Shown here piece after piece: positions 47,178 to 57,265 of a DNA stretch of 64,000 nt. The notes beneath the pieces are model-generated. The model did not search any database. It saw only the letters and a list, made by a program, of their open reading frames with translations, and was not told the origin of the DNA. Source of the DNA: a virus (lineage: Duplodnaviria > Heunggongvirae > Uroviricota > Caudoviricetes); IMG/VR virus record IMGVR_UViG_3300044712_000123; one strand, 5' to 3'. Every line of letters starts with the position of its first letter. Positions within the stretch are counted from its first letter, which is position 1. Both the position numbers and the translations under genes were made by a program.

Positions 47178-48236
47178 CTACTCTCCGAAATATTCGTCTA
47201 CTTTGTCAGCTATGTAATTTACTTCTGAATCTGTGAGTTCTGGGTACATAGGGAGGCTCAAAACACCTCTAGATAGCATTACGCTTGTGCTTAACATGTC
47301 TGGTTTCTGTAATCCGATCGAGGTCGGCAGATCACCTAAGACATATTCATAGTGACGTTTCGTATCAATACCATTCAGCATCATGTGTGTATGTAGTGAA
47401 TTGCGATCAGGAAGATACATCACGAACTTTTGATGTGCATGAGGTTGCGGAACATTAGATAGACATGTTATCGGTAGCTCACTGAATCTGTCACACCAAA
47501 ATTTAGCAATCTCTTTCCTACGCTTCTGCCATTCATCAATGTACTTGATTCTGACTAACAAGTGAGCACAATCAATCTCGCTCATTTTACTGTTAGTACC
47601 AACCTCATGAAAGTAAGGTTTATTGTTGTCACGATATCTGGATGCGAATAGATATAGTTTTTCATCGTTAGTAACGATTGCACCACCGTTGCCACTTGCA
47701 TTCAGATTCTTTGTAGGATCAAAGCTGATAGCCATACCAGCGCCGACGTTGCCATCTGCGACTAACCAATGTTGTGCTCCGTCTACTATGACACCATATG
47801 ATTGATCGTAGTGAAGATTATCCCAAGGCTTCATCCCATACAATCCAACTACACAATCATACAAACCACCTCGCTGTGTATGCTCTAGGATGCCATACTT
47901 GTCAGTGTCAGCTATCTCAACATCCCATCCAGCAGTCAAGAAGGCATTCATTGTTGCAGGATAAGTTAGATTCGGAATGCGAACCTTAGGATTACCATCC
48001 ATAGTTTCACTGTGTTTGATCTTTTTCCAACGAGCAATAATCTCAAGTGCTTGTGTACCACTATGAACAGTGATAGCATACTTGGTCTTGGTCTTGTGCT
48101 TTAACCATTCTTCAAACGAACGAGTATAGTGGCCGCCCACAAGTATACCATCCTTCATAGCACGATGAGTTGCATCAAGCAACTCTTCGCCGATGTTCTT
48201 ATACTGTCTTACTAGACCAAAGTGCGGAATGTTCAT
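47178..48236 (-). CDS. DegT/DnrJ/EryC1/StrS PLP aminotransferase
   Basis: SGTQAL, DGAQ, SFDPTKNL..GNGGAI, LSLPMYP. Confidence 0.88.
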   Translation of the reverse strand: MNIPHFGLVRQYKNIGEELLDATHRAMKDGILVGGHYTRSFEEWLKHKTKTKYAITVHSGTQALEIIARWKKIKHSETMDGNPKVRIPNLTYPATMNAFLTAGWDVEIADTDKYGILEHTQRGGLYDCVVGLYGMKPWDNLHYDQSYGVIVDGAQHWLVADGNVGAGMAISFDPTKNLNASGNGGAIVTNDEKLYLFASRYRDNNKPYFHEVGTNSKMSEIDCAHLLVRIKYIDEWQKRRKEIAKFWCDRFSELPITCLSNVPQPHAHQKFVMYLPDRNSLHTHMMLNGIDTKRHYEYVLGDLPTSIGLQKPDMLSTSVMLSRGVLSLPMYPELTDSEVNYIADKVDEYFGE

Positions 48237-48589
48237 CCCCATTTTACCGTCATCCAAGTTAGTAGTTCTTCGCACACGATGTAACGTGTGCAAGCAAAGT
48301 GACAACCCTCAGTTTCTTCTGCGTATTTCCACATATGAAGGGGTTGAATTAACAACCATTCTTCTACGATAGGTCTAACATCAACTGCATAATACATTTG
48401 TTCAGGAGTATCATACAGTACACATTCATTCTGATTGAGTGCTAGTGTGTAATTTTTGAACCCAACCATGCCATCTTTCATTTGAAAGATAGGATTGGAC
48501 TTTGCCATTGGCTGCACGCCAACTATATCTTTAGCAATAATAGCTGGCATCAACTTACGAAGGATTGGTATAGCGTGTTTATTAAACAT
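48233..48589 (-). CDS. hypothetical protein (FxLxW-like C-terminus)
   Basis: ELLTWMTVKWG. Confidence 0.6.
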   Translation of the reverse strand: MFNKHAIPILRKLMPAIIAKDIVGVQPMAKSNPIFQMKDGMVGFKNYTLALNQNECVLYDTPEQMYYAVDVRPIVEEWLLIQPLHMWKYAEETEGCHFACTRYIVCEELLTWMTVKWG

Positions 48590-49556
48590 TCTTCTTTGCC
48601 CAGAACTCTGATGTGCTCAGCCAGTCATAGTATTTCTGAAAGCCTTCTTCAACATCAACTTTAGGGTCATAACCGAAGTCCCTACGTGCAGCATCAATGT
48701 TCAATGCACCACGACTCGGAAAGTCTGCGTCTTTATCACGTACATTGATTGTACCTTTACCAGCGATCTTAACTGCTAAGTTGGCTGCATCAAGTAATGT
48801 TCTGCTGTGTGACTTAGTGATGTTGTATGTTTTGTTTTCTGTGTTGTCAGATAATGCGGCGCCTACAATTCCATCTGCGGCGTCTTCTACATACGTAAAG
48901 TCGAGTGTCTCGCCGGCACCATTAACATTGAGAGTGCCACCACGCATCGCCGTAAGCATGAATTTGGCAATAACGCGGTCTTCCACATCCAACGGACCAT
49001 AGACGGCACTAGGACGTATAATAGTGTGTACGATGTTATCTCTACGAGTGTAATCTTTGACAAGCCATTCACCTGCTAGTTTCATAATGCCATATTGTCC
49101 TTGAGGATTGCAGATGGCATCTTCTGTAACATCATCAGTGAAGTCACCGTAGACCATTGAACTACTGATGTACACGAACTTTCTAACATCATAATTCTTG
49201 CTAGCTTCCAACAAGTTGAGCAACCCTTCACTCATAACACGACTCCCCCACGCAGGATTCGCATTGACTACTTTTTGTCTTGGGAAGCTAGCCATGTGAA
49301 TTACAATCTCAGGCTGTTCGATGTTGAAAATTTCCTCCATCTTATCTTTATTGGAGATGTCTGCATCATACACAAAAGGACTATACCCCTTTAATTTTTC
49401 AATGCGTTCATCCATCAAGTAATCTATTTCGTCTTGTGGGATGATCCCGTAGTTTGTTCGGGTGTCAACAATAGATACCTGATGACCTAATTTGCATAGT
49501 CTTTCGACTACATTGTGTCCAATAAGGCCAAGACCGCCTGTTACTAAAATGTTCAT
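48582..49556 (-). CDS. NAD-dependent epimerase/dehydratase
   Basis: TGGLGLIG, SSSMVYG, YGIMK. Confidence 0.9.
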   Translation of the reverse strand: MNILVTGGLGLIGHNVVERLCKLGHQVSIVDTRTNYGIIPQDEIDYLMDERIEKLKGYSPFVYDADISNKDKMEEIFNIEQPEIVIHMASFPRQKVVNANPAWGSRVMSEGLLNLLEASKNYDVRKFVYISSSMVYGDFTDDVTEDAICNPQGQYGIMKLAGEWLVKDYTRRDNIVHTIIRPSAVYGPLDVEDRVIAKFMLTAMRGGTLNVNGAGETLDFTYVEDAADGIVGAALSDNTENKTYNITKSHSRTLLDAANLAVKIAGKGTINVRDKDADFPSRGALNIDAARRDFGYDPKVDVEEGFQKYYDWLSTSEFWAKKNV

Positions 49557-49789
49557 TTGTATTTCAATTCAAAAAAGGTTATTTCTTCGGGAGTTAATTC
49601 AGCCCTGATCGTGTATAAGTAGCCATATGTGTTCATGTCGAGACTACGAAACCACTGTGGCTCGGGCTTAGAATGTTGCATGACCCACTTGCCTGCTTCT
49701 GTTTGTTGCCATTCGTATATGGGTTGAGCAACATATAGATCAGGATCTTCACTGTCGCTCAATCGTATTTGATGAACATTATACTTCAT
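49553..49789 (-). CDS. small hypothetical protein (FxLxW-like)
   Basis: EITFFELKYK. Confidence 0.65.
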   Translation of the reverse strand: MKYNVHQIRLSDSEDPDLYVAQPIYEWQQTEAGKWVMQHSKPEPQWFRSLDMNTYGYLYTIRAELTPEEITFFELKYK

Positions 49790-50688
49790 TACACTGCCAT
49801 CTTAGCCTTGATAGATTCCATAGATGTATAGTTCTCTAACTTGATATCAGTCATAGTGAACTTTTCAATATCTTTGACTTCAGGGTTCAACCACAATGTA
49901 GGGTGCTTCAATGGAGTACGAGACAATTGTTCTTTAACCTGTTCTAGGTGATCGCTGTAGATATGAGTATCGCCAGTAGAGATAATCAACTCTCCGACTT
50001 TTAAATCACACACGTGTGCAATCAAATGAGTGAGTAACGCATAGCTAGCAATGTTAAAAGGTAAACCAAGAAACACATCCACGCTACGCTGGTACATATG
50101 ACAAGAGAGTTCTTTATTTTTGTTGACATAAAATTGACTCATAACATGACATGGTGGCAAAGCCATTTGATCTAGTTCACTCACGTTCCAGGCACTAAGA
50201 ATATGTCTACGACCATTGGGATCTTTTTTGATTCCTTCTATTAGATTTGCTAATTGGTCTACTTCAAGTTTATCGACCGCGAGTCTCGTTCCACCTTTGT
50301 GCGCCGGGCCCATGTCTTTCTCCGTGCGGTACTTATTCCAGTGACGCCATTGTACTCCATATACTCGTCCCAAGTCGCCCTCGAATTTCGCCTTAGGCTT
50401 CCAGTAGGGCGCAAGCGCATTTGGCGTCCAGATAGTAGTCTTGCCTTCGGCAGTACCATGGGTGAGTTCTGCCAGTCTACGTTCATCACTAGAGCCTTCA
50501 ATAAACCAGAGAAGCTCACCGACGCAAGCCTTCCATGCAAGTTTCTTAGTAGTGACAGCGGGAAAAGATTCACGCAAATCAAAGCGAAGATTACGTCCAA
50601 AAACACTAATGGTGCCCACGCCAGTTCTGTCATCTTTTTGTTCTCCGTTGTTTAAAATATCTTGTAGTAAGTCTAAGTATTGTTTCAT
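49789..50688 (-). CDS. thyA: thymidylate synthase
   Basis: DRTGVGT, ALPPCH, YQRSVD..GLPFNIASY, DTHIY. Confidence 0.95.
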   Translation of the reverse strand: MKQYLDLLQDILNNGEQKDDRTGVGTISVFGRNLRFDLRESFPAVTTKKLAWKACVGELLWFIEGSSDERRLAELTHGTAEGKTTIWTPNALAPYWKPKAKFEGDLGRVYGVQWRHWNKYRTEKDMGPAHKGGTRLAVDKLEVDQLANLIEGIKKDPNGRRHILSAWNVSELDQMALPPCHVMSQFYVNKNKELSCHMYQRSVDVFLGLPFNIASYALLTHLIAHVCDLKVGELIISTGDTHIYSDHLEQVKEQLSRTPLKHPTLWLNPEVKDIEKFTMTDIKLENYTSMESIKAKMAV

Positions 50689-51140
50689 TTCTTTTTCCAA
50701 ATTTGGTATACGTGATCTGTTTGGTCTTCACTAAACCAACATGTATAATTCTGTTCTAAGTATAGCAAGTCAATGAACGTATCACAAGTGTATTCGGAGA
50801 ATGTCTTGGTTAAATGTACTTCATCGATTAAGTGCCACGCTGAGTTAATCAACTGTGCGCCACCGATGAGCCAAGCATTTTTGTATTCGCCGAAGTGATT
50901 TAAATTTGGTACTTGAATAGCACCAATTGGCAAATGTAGTGACTGACTGGACACTACAAAGTTTAGTCTTCCTATTAGTGGTTTCTTGGGGAGACTATCC
51001 CAAGTGTTTCGACCCATTACTACAACTTGGCCTTGAGTCAAATTTTTGAATCTTGGCAAATCGCCCTGAATGTTACTCCAGGGCAATTTGTTGTTGTAGC
51101 CTATCCCACCATTTGGGTCACATGCTACGATTAGTTTCAT
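50685..51140 (-). CDS. dfr: dihydrofolate reductase
   Basis: IGYNNKLPW, MGRNTWDSLP, IGGAQ, CDTF. Confidence 0.92.
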   Translation of the reverse strand: MKLIVACDPNGGIGYNNKLPWSNIQGDLPRFKNLTQGQVVVMGRNTWDSLPKKPLIGRLNFVVSSQSLHLPIGAIQVPNLNHFGEYKNAWLIGGAQLINSAWHLIDEVHLTKTFSEYTCDTFIDLLYLEQNYTCWFSEDQTDHVYQIWKKK

Positions 51141-51433
51141 AGTTTATTCAGTAATTTATCTGTTTCAGGTTGCACTGTGTCAGCAATACTTTGCACATTA
51201 AGAATGAATTCTACACTGATAACTTGGTCATCAAGTTCATGTAGTTTTCTGCTTACGACTTCCTCAATATGATCTGGTTCTAATCCCTGTGTTAAAAACT
51301 TTTCAATGTTGATGGTGTGTTGTTTCTTACCTTCTAGTTTAATAATCAATTTCTTAATGAATTGTACTGGTATTTTGTTTTTCTCAACATCTTCGAGGAT
51401 GTGTTCCCATTTCTCAATGAATTCAGGTGACAT
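51137..51433 (-). CDS. hypothetical protein
   Basis: 98-aa ORF. Confidence 0.7.
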   Translation of the reverse strand: MSPEFIEKWEHILEDVEKNKIPVQFIKKLIIKLEGKKQHTINIEKFLTQGLEPDHIEEVVSRKLHELDDQVISVEFILNVQSIADTVQPETDKLLNKL

Positions 51434-51439
51434 TGTATA

Positions 51440-52114
51440 TTAGCTTGTGACTGTTGCCTTTGCAGGACGGCCACGCTTCTTAGCAACGGGCTGTGATACT
51501 ACTGGTGTCAATGTTGGATCCATTGAACGTGCTTCTGCCATTAGTCGTTCTGACTCTGCTAGCAAACCACGGGCTTCTGCTGCCATTTTATTAGCCTGCT
51601 GAATACGTTGTTGTGCAATTGCCGCATCACCTAATGCATCACCAGAACTTTGTAGTCCTGCTGGTGGATTTTGGTTACCGCGCATTCTGCGTACAACATC
51701 TGCTGGATCTTGCAATCCAGAACTTGCATCCATTTCAGCTAGCTTCTTGACTGCGTTCTCACCTTGTTGCATTTCGTCTAGAATCTTGTTCAATTCATCT
51801 AGCTTGATGCGAGTGTTAGGCTGTGGTGTCATGACGATTAAAGAAGTTTGAACTTTCTTCAACTGACCTTCACGGTGCAATGTTTGCAAGATTGGCTTAC
51901 CATCGACAGTATATGAACGATTCAATGCATCGGCCAAATTCTCACTGTTCTGACCGATATCAGATTCAATGCAACGAACCAATGGGTCATGAATGTGTTG
52001 ATTCAATAGCTCAGTATATGTGACCAAACACATATGTGGTTCACCGGGAACTTCTCTAAAAATGACAGCGACTTTGCGGTCGCCATGCTTACCTACGTGA
52101 CGTAAAAAACTCAT
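51440..52114 (-). CDS. hypothetical protein
   Basis: AGGAG RBS; LRHVGK N-terminus; AT-hook-like KRGRPAK. Confidence 0.72.
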   Translation of the reverse strand: MSFLRHVGKHGDRKVAVIFREVPGEPHMCLVTYTELLNQHIHDPLVRCIESDIGQNSENLADALNRSYTVDGKPILQTLHREGQLKKVQTSLIVMTPQPNTRIKLDELNKILDEMQQGENAVKKLAEMDASSGLQDPADVVRRMRGNQNPPAGLQSSGDALGDAAIAQQRIQQANKMAAEARGLLAESERLMAEARSMDPTLTPVVSQPVAKKRGRPAKATVTS

Positions 52115-52171
52115 ATTATTCTCCTTGAGTATTAGTGATATTTAATATGAATTAAACGGTGTCAAATATTT

Positions 52172-52429
52172 TTAAGACCACTTCAATTCATACATCATTG
52201 CTTCTTTTGGGTCTTCAAAAGCAGGGAACTCGTTCATGTTAAACAGAAAATCAAACTCGTCACCGCTCTGCATGTTGGAGGTTATGCTGTATCGTCCTTC
52301 TAACTTAGAACGAATCCACAATTCAGCTTCAGTGGTTAATGCAGTAGTGGCTATAGTGAAGTGCTTTGGAGTATATCCTAGCTTCCTTTCACTATACCAA
52401 TCTATAGGCTTGATGTTATAATCACTCAC
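52172..52429 (-). CDS. small hypothetical protein (FxLxW family)
   Basis: FEDPKEAMMYELKWS. Confidence 0.7.
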   Translation of the reverse strand: MSDYNIKPIDWYSERKLGYTPKHFTIATTALTTEAELWIRSKLEGRYSITSNMQSGDEFDFLFNMNEFPAFEDPKEAMMYELKWS

Positions 52430-52841
52430 GTGTCAAGCTATCCAACATCTTATACTTGTCGTATGCTTCCATTACTGCGGGAGTTGTGTTGCGATTAGAA
52501 GGTACAACTTGCATCCATACCCCATCACCGTAATCAGTAGGATGACGATATGTACCATACCCATCACCCATCACGACTCTAGGCTGATGAATCTTACCAC
52601 CGTTCCACAGTCTAGTTGCGAGGTCAGTTACCTCGTCAATTGGGAAGTCGCCCAATTCATAATTTCGAGAGTTACTAGCATATGGATTGCCCTGAGCATA
52701 ATAGGTTTCTACCACCTGCATATATTGATCGAATTTAGGTGCGTAGGTGCGAGTTACGATGAACATAACATCATCCTCGGACACTTCACCTGCCATGATA
52801 CTTTGCAAACACCCACCGAGGCTAAGACCAATGTATTTCAT
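52422..52841 (-). CDS. hypothetical protein
   Basis: IGLSLGGC..GKIHQPR. Confidence 0.7.
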   Translation of the reverse strand: MKYIGLSLGGCLQSIMAGEVSEDDVMFIVTRTYAPKFDQYMQVVETYYAQGNPYASNSRNYELGDFPIDEVTDLATRLWNGGKIHQPRVVMGDGYGTYRHPTDYGDGVWMQVVPSNRNTTPAVMEAYDKYKMLDSLTRE

Positions 52842-53077
52842 TTCTTTAGTTCCATCATCATTTCAATTTGATTAATCAAGTCATTGATAGCAGGGTCATC
52901 TAAGAACACTGCCTCTTTTAACTTAACCCAACGCTCTGCTAACTTCTGCTCCTGCGCATACATAGCATCAACATGATGCAACGTGCGGGCAGTCTCTCCC
53001 GACTTGCGAGAGTAGACTGTCTTTCCACCATCTGGTGATTCGTAAATCGTTAATACTTCACTAGACTTAATCATCAT
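52838..53077 (-). CDS. small hypothetical protein
   Basis: IYESPDGGKTVY. Confidence 0.65.
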   Translation of the reverse strand: MMIKSSEVLTIYESPDGGKTVYSRKSGETARTLHHVDAMYAQEQKLAERWVKLKEAVFLDDPAINDLINQIEMMMELKK

Positions 53078-53186
53078 TGTGTTTAACGGCTTTGAATCCT
53101 GACCAGAGTACCTTACCAAATGCGTATAGTACTCCGATCACTGCTGCCATCAAGACAGCATAACCAATTGTAGTTAATGCTTCCAT
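53067..53186 (-). CDS. 39-aa single-TM protein not in ORF track
   Basis: AAAGG RBS; MEALTTIGYAVLMAAVIGVLYAFGKVLW. Confidence 0.6.
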   Translation of the reverse strand: MEALTTIGYAVLMAAVIGVLYAFGKVLWSGFKAVKHNDD

Positions 53187-53188
53187 GT

Positions 53189-54487
53189 TTAACCTTTCTC
53201 GTCATACAGTGCAAACTGACCGAACGGGGGATTAGGATCAGGGTCACCGTGAATGATCCAAGTCGTATCACAGTAGTCTGGGTCACCCCAAGAACCGCAG
53301 GGGTAGCCGTCAGTGAAACAGATCAAACGATTGGGCACGTTGCCTACTTTCTTCAAATAGTCAAAGATAGCATCGAAGTCAGTACCACCACCGCCCATTG
53401 GCTCATAGCTGTGAATCGAATCCATGTTCTCGCTTGTGAAGTCTTGAGGGTTGTATGTGTCAGTATCGAAACAGAACACATGCACCTTGTAACCATCAAA
53501 CGAATCCATCATGCCACCAATCTCACCCAAGAATGCTTGCGCTTGCTTGTTAGAGATAGAGCCTGACATGTCAATAGCAACGACCACATCGATTTCTTCG
53601 CCTGGAGTCATTCCGGGCATGATAGCATCCATGTGCCAAGACCGACGAGAAGGACGCATCCAAGAGTAGTCAGTACGAATTGCACTGGTCAAGTTAGTCT
53701 GAATCAGTTCACGCCAGGGCATGACTGGGTCAGTAGCTTGACGAATCAAACGTTCAACACCGAGAGGCATGCTACCAGCTTCGGCAGATTGTGCGGCGTT
53801 GATAATCGCTTGCTTGATTTCTTGACGGGCACGTTCACGTTCTTCGGGAGTCATCTTAGGACGACCTTTGCCCTTCTTGTTGCCTTCACCGTCACCATCA
53901 CCATCACCGTCATCGCCTTCTTCATCACTGTCAAGGTGATCGTCAAGCATTTGATCTACGAGGTCATCGATGTTGATTTTCTGCACATTCTTCATTAGGT
54001 CATCATAGATTTCCTCAGCAGCCTTGCCGTCATACTTTTGTTCGTACAAGCAAGGAACTGTAGTAATGAATTGACCAACCTTGTGGCGCTTCAAGTCTGC
54101 GTTAACTGCGTAGTCGTCAGCAATGTTCCAGATTTGAGGGTCACGATGATTTCGGCGACCCATGTGATCGTAAACAACGTGCAAGACTTCGTGAGCCACA
54201 AGAAACTCAACCTCTTTGGGTTTGAGCATCATGATGAAGCGGCTGTTGTAATAGAATTTGAGACCGTCAGTTGCCGCAGTAGAGCACCATTCATCAGCAT
54301 TAACGAGAGTCAGGCGAGTCGCAAGATTACCGAAGAAAGAATGACGCAACAGCAAGCCAATACGTGCGGTCACAAGACGCTCACGTGCCTGCATGTCTAC
54401 GTTCTTATCCATAGGGCCTACAAGTTTCTCGAACTTGTCGCTACGGGTCTTTTTCTTCGATTTGTTTTTGTCGATTACATCGCTCAT
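53189..54487 (-). CDS. metallopeptidase-vWA domain protein (DUF2201-like)
   Basis: TAATDG, HEVLH, DMSGS MIDAS, GGGGTDF, FTDG. Confidence 0.85.
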   Translation of the reverse strand: MSDVIDKNKSKKKTRSDKFEKLVGPMDKNVDMQARERLVTARIGLLLRHSFFGNLATRLTLVNADEWCSTAATDGLKFYYNSRFIMMLKPKEVEFLVAHEVLHVVYDHMGRRNHRDPQIWNIADDYAVNADLKRHKVGQFITTVPCLYEQKYDGKAAEEIYDDLMKNVQKINIDDLVDQMLDDHLDSDEEGDDGDGDGDGEGNKKGKGRPKMTPEERERARQEIKQAIINAAQSAEAGSMPLGVERLIRQATDPVMPWRELIQTNLTSAIRTDYSWMRPSRRSWHMDAIMPGMTPGEEIDVVVAIDMSGSISNKQAQAFLGEIGGMMDSFDGYKVHVFCFDTDTYNPQDFTSENMDSIHSYEPMGGGGTDFDAIFDYLKKVGNVPNRLICFTDGYPCGSWGDPDYCDTTWIIHGDPDPNPPFGQFALYDEKG

Positions 54488-54546
54488 GTTTGTTCCTTTA
54501 TTTCAGAATATGCTATATTATAGCATACCCTGGAATTATTGTCAAA

Positions 54547-54813
54547 TTAGTGTAGGTTGCGATTTGCCGGTTTGATATCTTCCGGGCTATCAATGTCAGC
54601 GAGTTGGTCGATAAGGTCTTCGATTTCCTCATCCGAGAGTTCATCAACCAAAGACTCGATTGCGACCGGAGTAGATTTTTCAAACAGTTCGCCGGTCTCG
54701 GCCATGCTTGTGATTTGTTTAATCAAGTCATCGAGTTCTTCCTGCGATCCTTCGAACGAATCGAAGCAGCCAGGCATGAACACAACTTCCAATGGCTTCT
54801 TATCTTCGCTCAT
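54547..54813 (-). CDS. small acidic protein
   Basis: PGCFDSFEGSQEELD. Confidence 0.7.
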   Translation of the reverse strand: MSEDKKPLEVVFMPGCFDSFEGSQEELDDLIKQITSMAETGELFEKSTPVAIESLVDELSDEEIEDLIDQLADIDSPEDIKPANRNLH

Positions 54814-54962
54814 AGAGACAATCCTCGGTAGCCTGCATCAAATGCGATACGTGCATAATGGGCTCCTGCTTCAATTTCGAAGTGTTCCATTCCTGCAGTC
54901 TTTGTCCAACCCCATGCTCGGACTCGTTGACCAAGAGCATAAAAATACTTTTTACCAGACAT
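54810..54962 (-). CDS. 50-aa protein not in ORF track
   Basis: AAAGGA RBS; ATGA overlap with next gene. Confidence 0.6.
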   Translation of the reverse strand: MSGKKYFYALGQRVRAWGWTKTAGMEHFEIEAGAHYARIAFDAGYRGLSL

Positions 54963-55027
54963 ACTATTCCTTTATTAAAAAAAGGGTGAGCATATTGCTA
55001 CACTCACCCTGTAAAGCAGTTTAACTA

Positions 55028-56131
55028 TTAGTTACCTGCCTCCACGATGTACTTACCGTACTTCTTGTGGAATTCATCGAAGTTCTTCAACTGACTTGGC
55101 TCGATTGGGAGCTTGTAAGTCTTCAACGCAATCTTCGCGCCCATCACAACCAACTCAGTTTCAAAGTTAGCCATGATGTAAGTGAAGAAGTTACCTGCCA
55201 TTTCATGGAACTCTTTGTTGTTCACTTTCTTGTTTTCCAGTGCATCACGCAATTCGTAGCACATAGAAATAGTCAGTGAGTACATCGCAGAGATTTCCTT
55301 GACGTTCAAGTCCTTGACTTTGCCTGACAAGATATCAGTTGGGTTGGGCATCTTACCTGCGATCTTGCGGTGAGCCATAAACTTGACTGCAAGACCATCA
55401 CCAACTGCACCAGACACCAAGTTGAACAGTGTATCAGAGTCAACATTGTCCTCGTCATTCAGCAAGTCAGACACGAAGCACCAGCTACGAGGAGTAGCAA
55501 ACGCACGTGAACTAGACTTAGCATCGAAGTCGTAAATGTCATTCTTAGCGAAAGACAAGTAACCAACAACGTCTTTGTGAATGCCTTTGTTCACAGCCCA
55601 GTTCTGCCAGCTAGTGAAGTCAGGACGCATTTCCAAGTGAACGAATCGGTTAGCGAGGGGCATCGGCATGCGATATGTCACACCTTTGTCACTGTCTCGG
55701 TTACCTGCAGCCACGATAACAACGTTATCAGGCAAGAAGTATTTACCAACACGACGGTTCAGAATCAACTGATAGCCTGCAGCCTGCACTGCTGGGGGCG
55801 CACTGTTCATTTCATCGAGGAACAGAACAACGATTGGGTACTGCGATGCAAATTCTTTGCTCGGCAGATCGACGGGCTCAGCCCAATCCATCTTGTTGAT
55901 TTCTTTGTTGAAGAAAGGGATACCGCGAATGTCAGTTGGTTCCATCTGAGCCATACGCAAGTCGATAATAGCACCACCGAGTTCTTCGGCAATCTCAGCG
56001 ACCACCTCAGATTTGCCGATGCCGGGAGGGCCCCACAAGAACACGGGACGTTTTGCTTTGAATGCAGTCAGCATTGCTTTGCGGGTTTGAACAGAAGTGA
56101 TCGTCAGATTGTCAGAGACGGGCGATGCCAT
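55028..56131 (-). CDS. MoxR-like AAA+ ATPase
   Basis: GPPGIGKS, LFLDEMN, AAGN, PLANRF. Confidence 0.87.
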   Translation of the reverse strand: MASPVSDNLTITSVQTRKAMLTAFKAKRPVFLWGPPGIGKSEVVAEIAEELGGAIIDLRMAQMEPTDIRGIPFFNKEINKMDWAEPVDLPSKEFASQYPIVVLFLDEMNSAPPAVQAAGYQLILNRRVGKYFLPDNVVIVAAGNRDSDKGVTYRMPMPLANRFVHLEMRPDFTSWQNWAVNKGIHKDVVGYLSFAKNDIYDFDAKSSSRAFATPRSWCFVSDLLNDEDNVDSDTLFNLVSGAVGDGLAVKFMAHRKIAGKMPNPTDILSGKVKDLNVKEISAMYSLTISMCYELRDALENKKVNNKEFHEMAGNFFTYIMANFETELVVMGAKIALKTYKLPIEPSQLKNFDEFHKKYGKYIVEAGN

Positions 56132-56211
56132 AAGATGCTCCTAAAGTGAAGGTGTGTTTAAAAGAAAGAAACTGTAGTTTAACAGAGATTTGATTTATCG
56201 TCAAATTTATT

Positions 56212-56517
56212 TTACAAGATTTGGGCAACGATGCGATTGTACACATCCTTCTTTGCCATCATGTAATCGTAGTCACGTTCGCCGGGGCGAAAGTTGTTCC
56301 ACTGATTCTGACCTGCATACGAGATGAGGTCACGTTTCAGGGATTCACCTGTGTAGCTTGCAATGAAACCATACAGGTCGTAGTGAGCAATGAAACCACT
56401 GCATTGGTAAACGAAGTTGTAACCTGTCTTGTTCAGGTTGTCAATGTTCTTACATGCCTTAACAACGTTAGAGACAATCAGAGTTTTTTGACGTTCAGTG
56501 AGGGGAGTCAGAGCCAT
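56212..56517 (-). CDS. hypothetical protein
   Basis: CSGFIAHY motif; own promoter and RBS. Confidence 0.7.
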   Translation of the reverse strand: MALTPLTERQKTLIVSNVVKACKNIDNLNKTGYNFVYQCSGFIAHYDLYGFIASYTGESLKRDLISYAGQNQWNNFRPGERDYDYMMAKKDVYNRIVAQIL

Positions 56518-56580
56518 TTCGTTTTCCTTTGTTTCAGTGTCAATACAAGTATTGTAACAGAGTTTGGATTTATTGTCAAA

Positions 56581-56991
56581 TTATTCTTCGATTGCGCGGC
56601 GAAGAATAAGTTCCTGTTTACTAAATGCTTCAATTTCCCAGGGCATACTCAAGTATGCAGTTTTCTTGCTATACTTTTTGCCAGCCCAGATTGAGACTCC
56701 GTTTTTTGTAGACTTTAGTGTACCCTTAGCCATCTGTTTAACGTGAACCATTTCGTGTGCAAGTGTCAGTCCAATCTCTTTCAGTCTGCGATTGGGCTTG
56801 ATGACAACCATGTAGCAACCCGTAGCTGCCGAAAGGTCAAGTGTAATGCCACTGTTGTCACCGCATTCGTCAGCAACACGAATGACTACTGCTTTAGTAC
56901 TATTTTCGAGTTTCAGTTGTTTGAACATCGAGGGCAGGATGGCTTCAATGAACTTTTTGTTTCTGCGACTAGCTTCAACTTTGAATTCCAT
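56581..56991 (-). CDS. Zn metallopeptidase (HExxH)
   Basis: LAHEMVHVKQ..PWEIEA. Confidence 0.78.
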   Translation of the reverse strand: MEFKVEASRRNKKFIEAILPSMFKQLKLENSTKAVVIRVADECGDNSGITLDLSAATGCYMVVIKPNRRLKEIGLTLAHEMVHVKQMAKGTLKSTKNGVSIWAGKKYSKKTAYLSMPWEIEAFSKQELILRRAIEE

Positions 56992-57045
56992 TTCAGCTCC
57001 TTTAATCAATCTATGAGTCTATTATATGCCCAAAACGATTTATTG

Positions 57046-57261
57046 TCAACCATGCTTCAATGTAGTCCAAGCAGGGTGCTCTAACAATTCAAGCAATCTA
57101 TTTTCAGCATCAACTCCGTTACCAAAACTCATGACGTATATAGGTCCTGGTTTAACTTGATTATACATATCGGATTCACGAAACACCCTAACGATGTAAC
57201 TGTAGTGGTACACTTCAACGTACCCAAACAAGCCTCCGCTTCTCAAGTCACACATTATCAT
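57046..57261 (-). CDS. small hypothetical protein
   Basis: stop inside next -35 box. Confidence 0.55.
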   Translation of the reverse strand: MIMCDLRSGGLFGYVEVYHYSYIVRVFRESDMYNQVKPGPIYVMSFGNGVDAENRLLELLEHPAWTTLKHG

Positions 57262-57265
57262 AGTG

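Noticed and set aside
48530-48560. MPAIIAKDIVGVQPM resembling a T4 gp23 capsid motif
   Set aside because: Only a short segment in a 118-aa ORF; not a capsid gene
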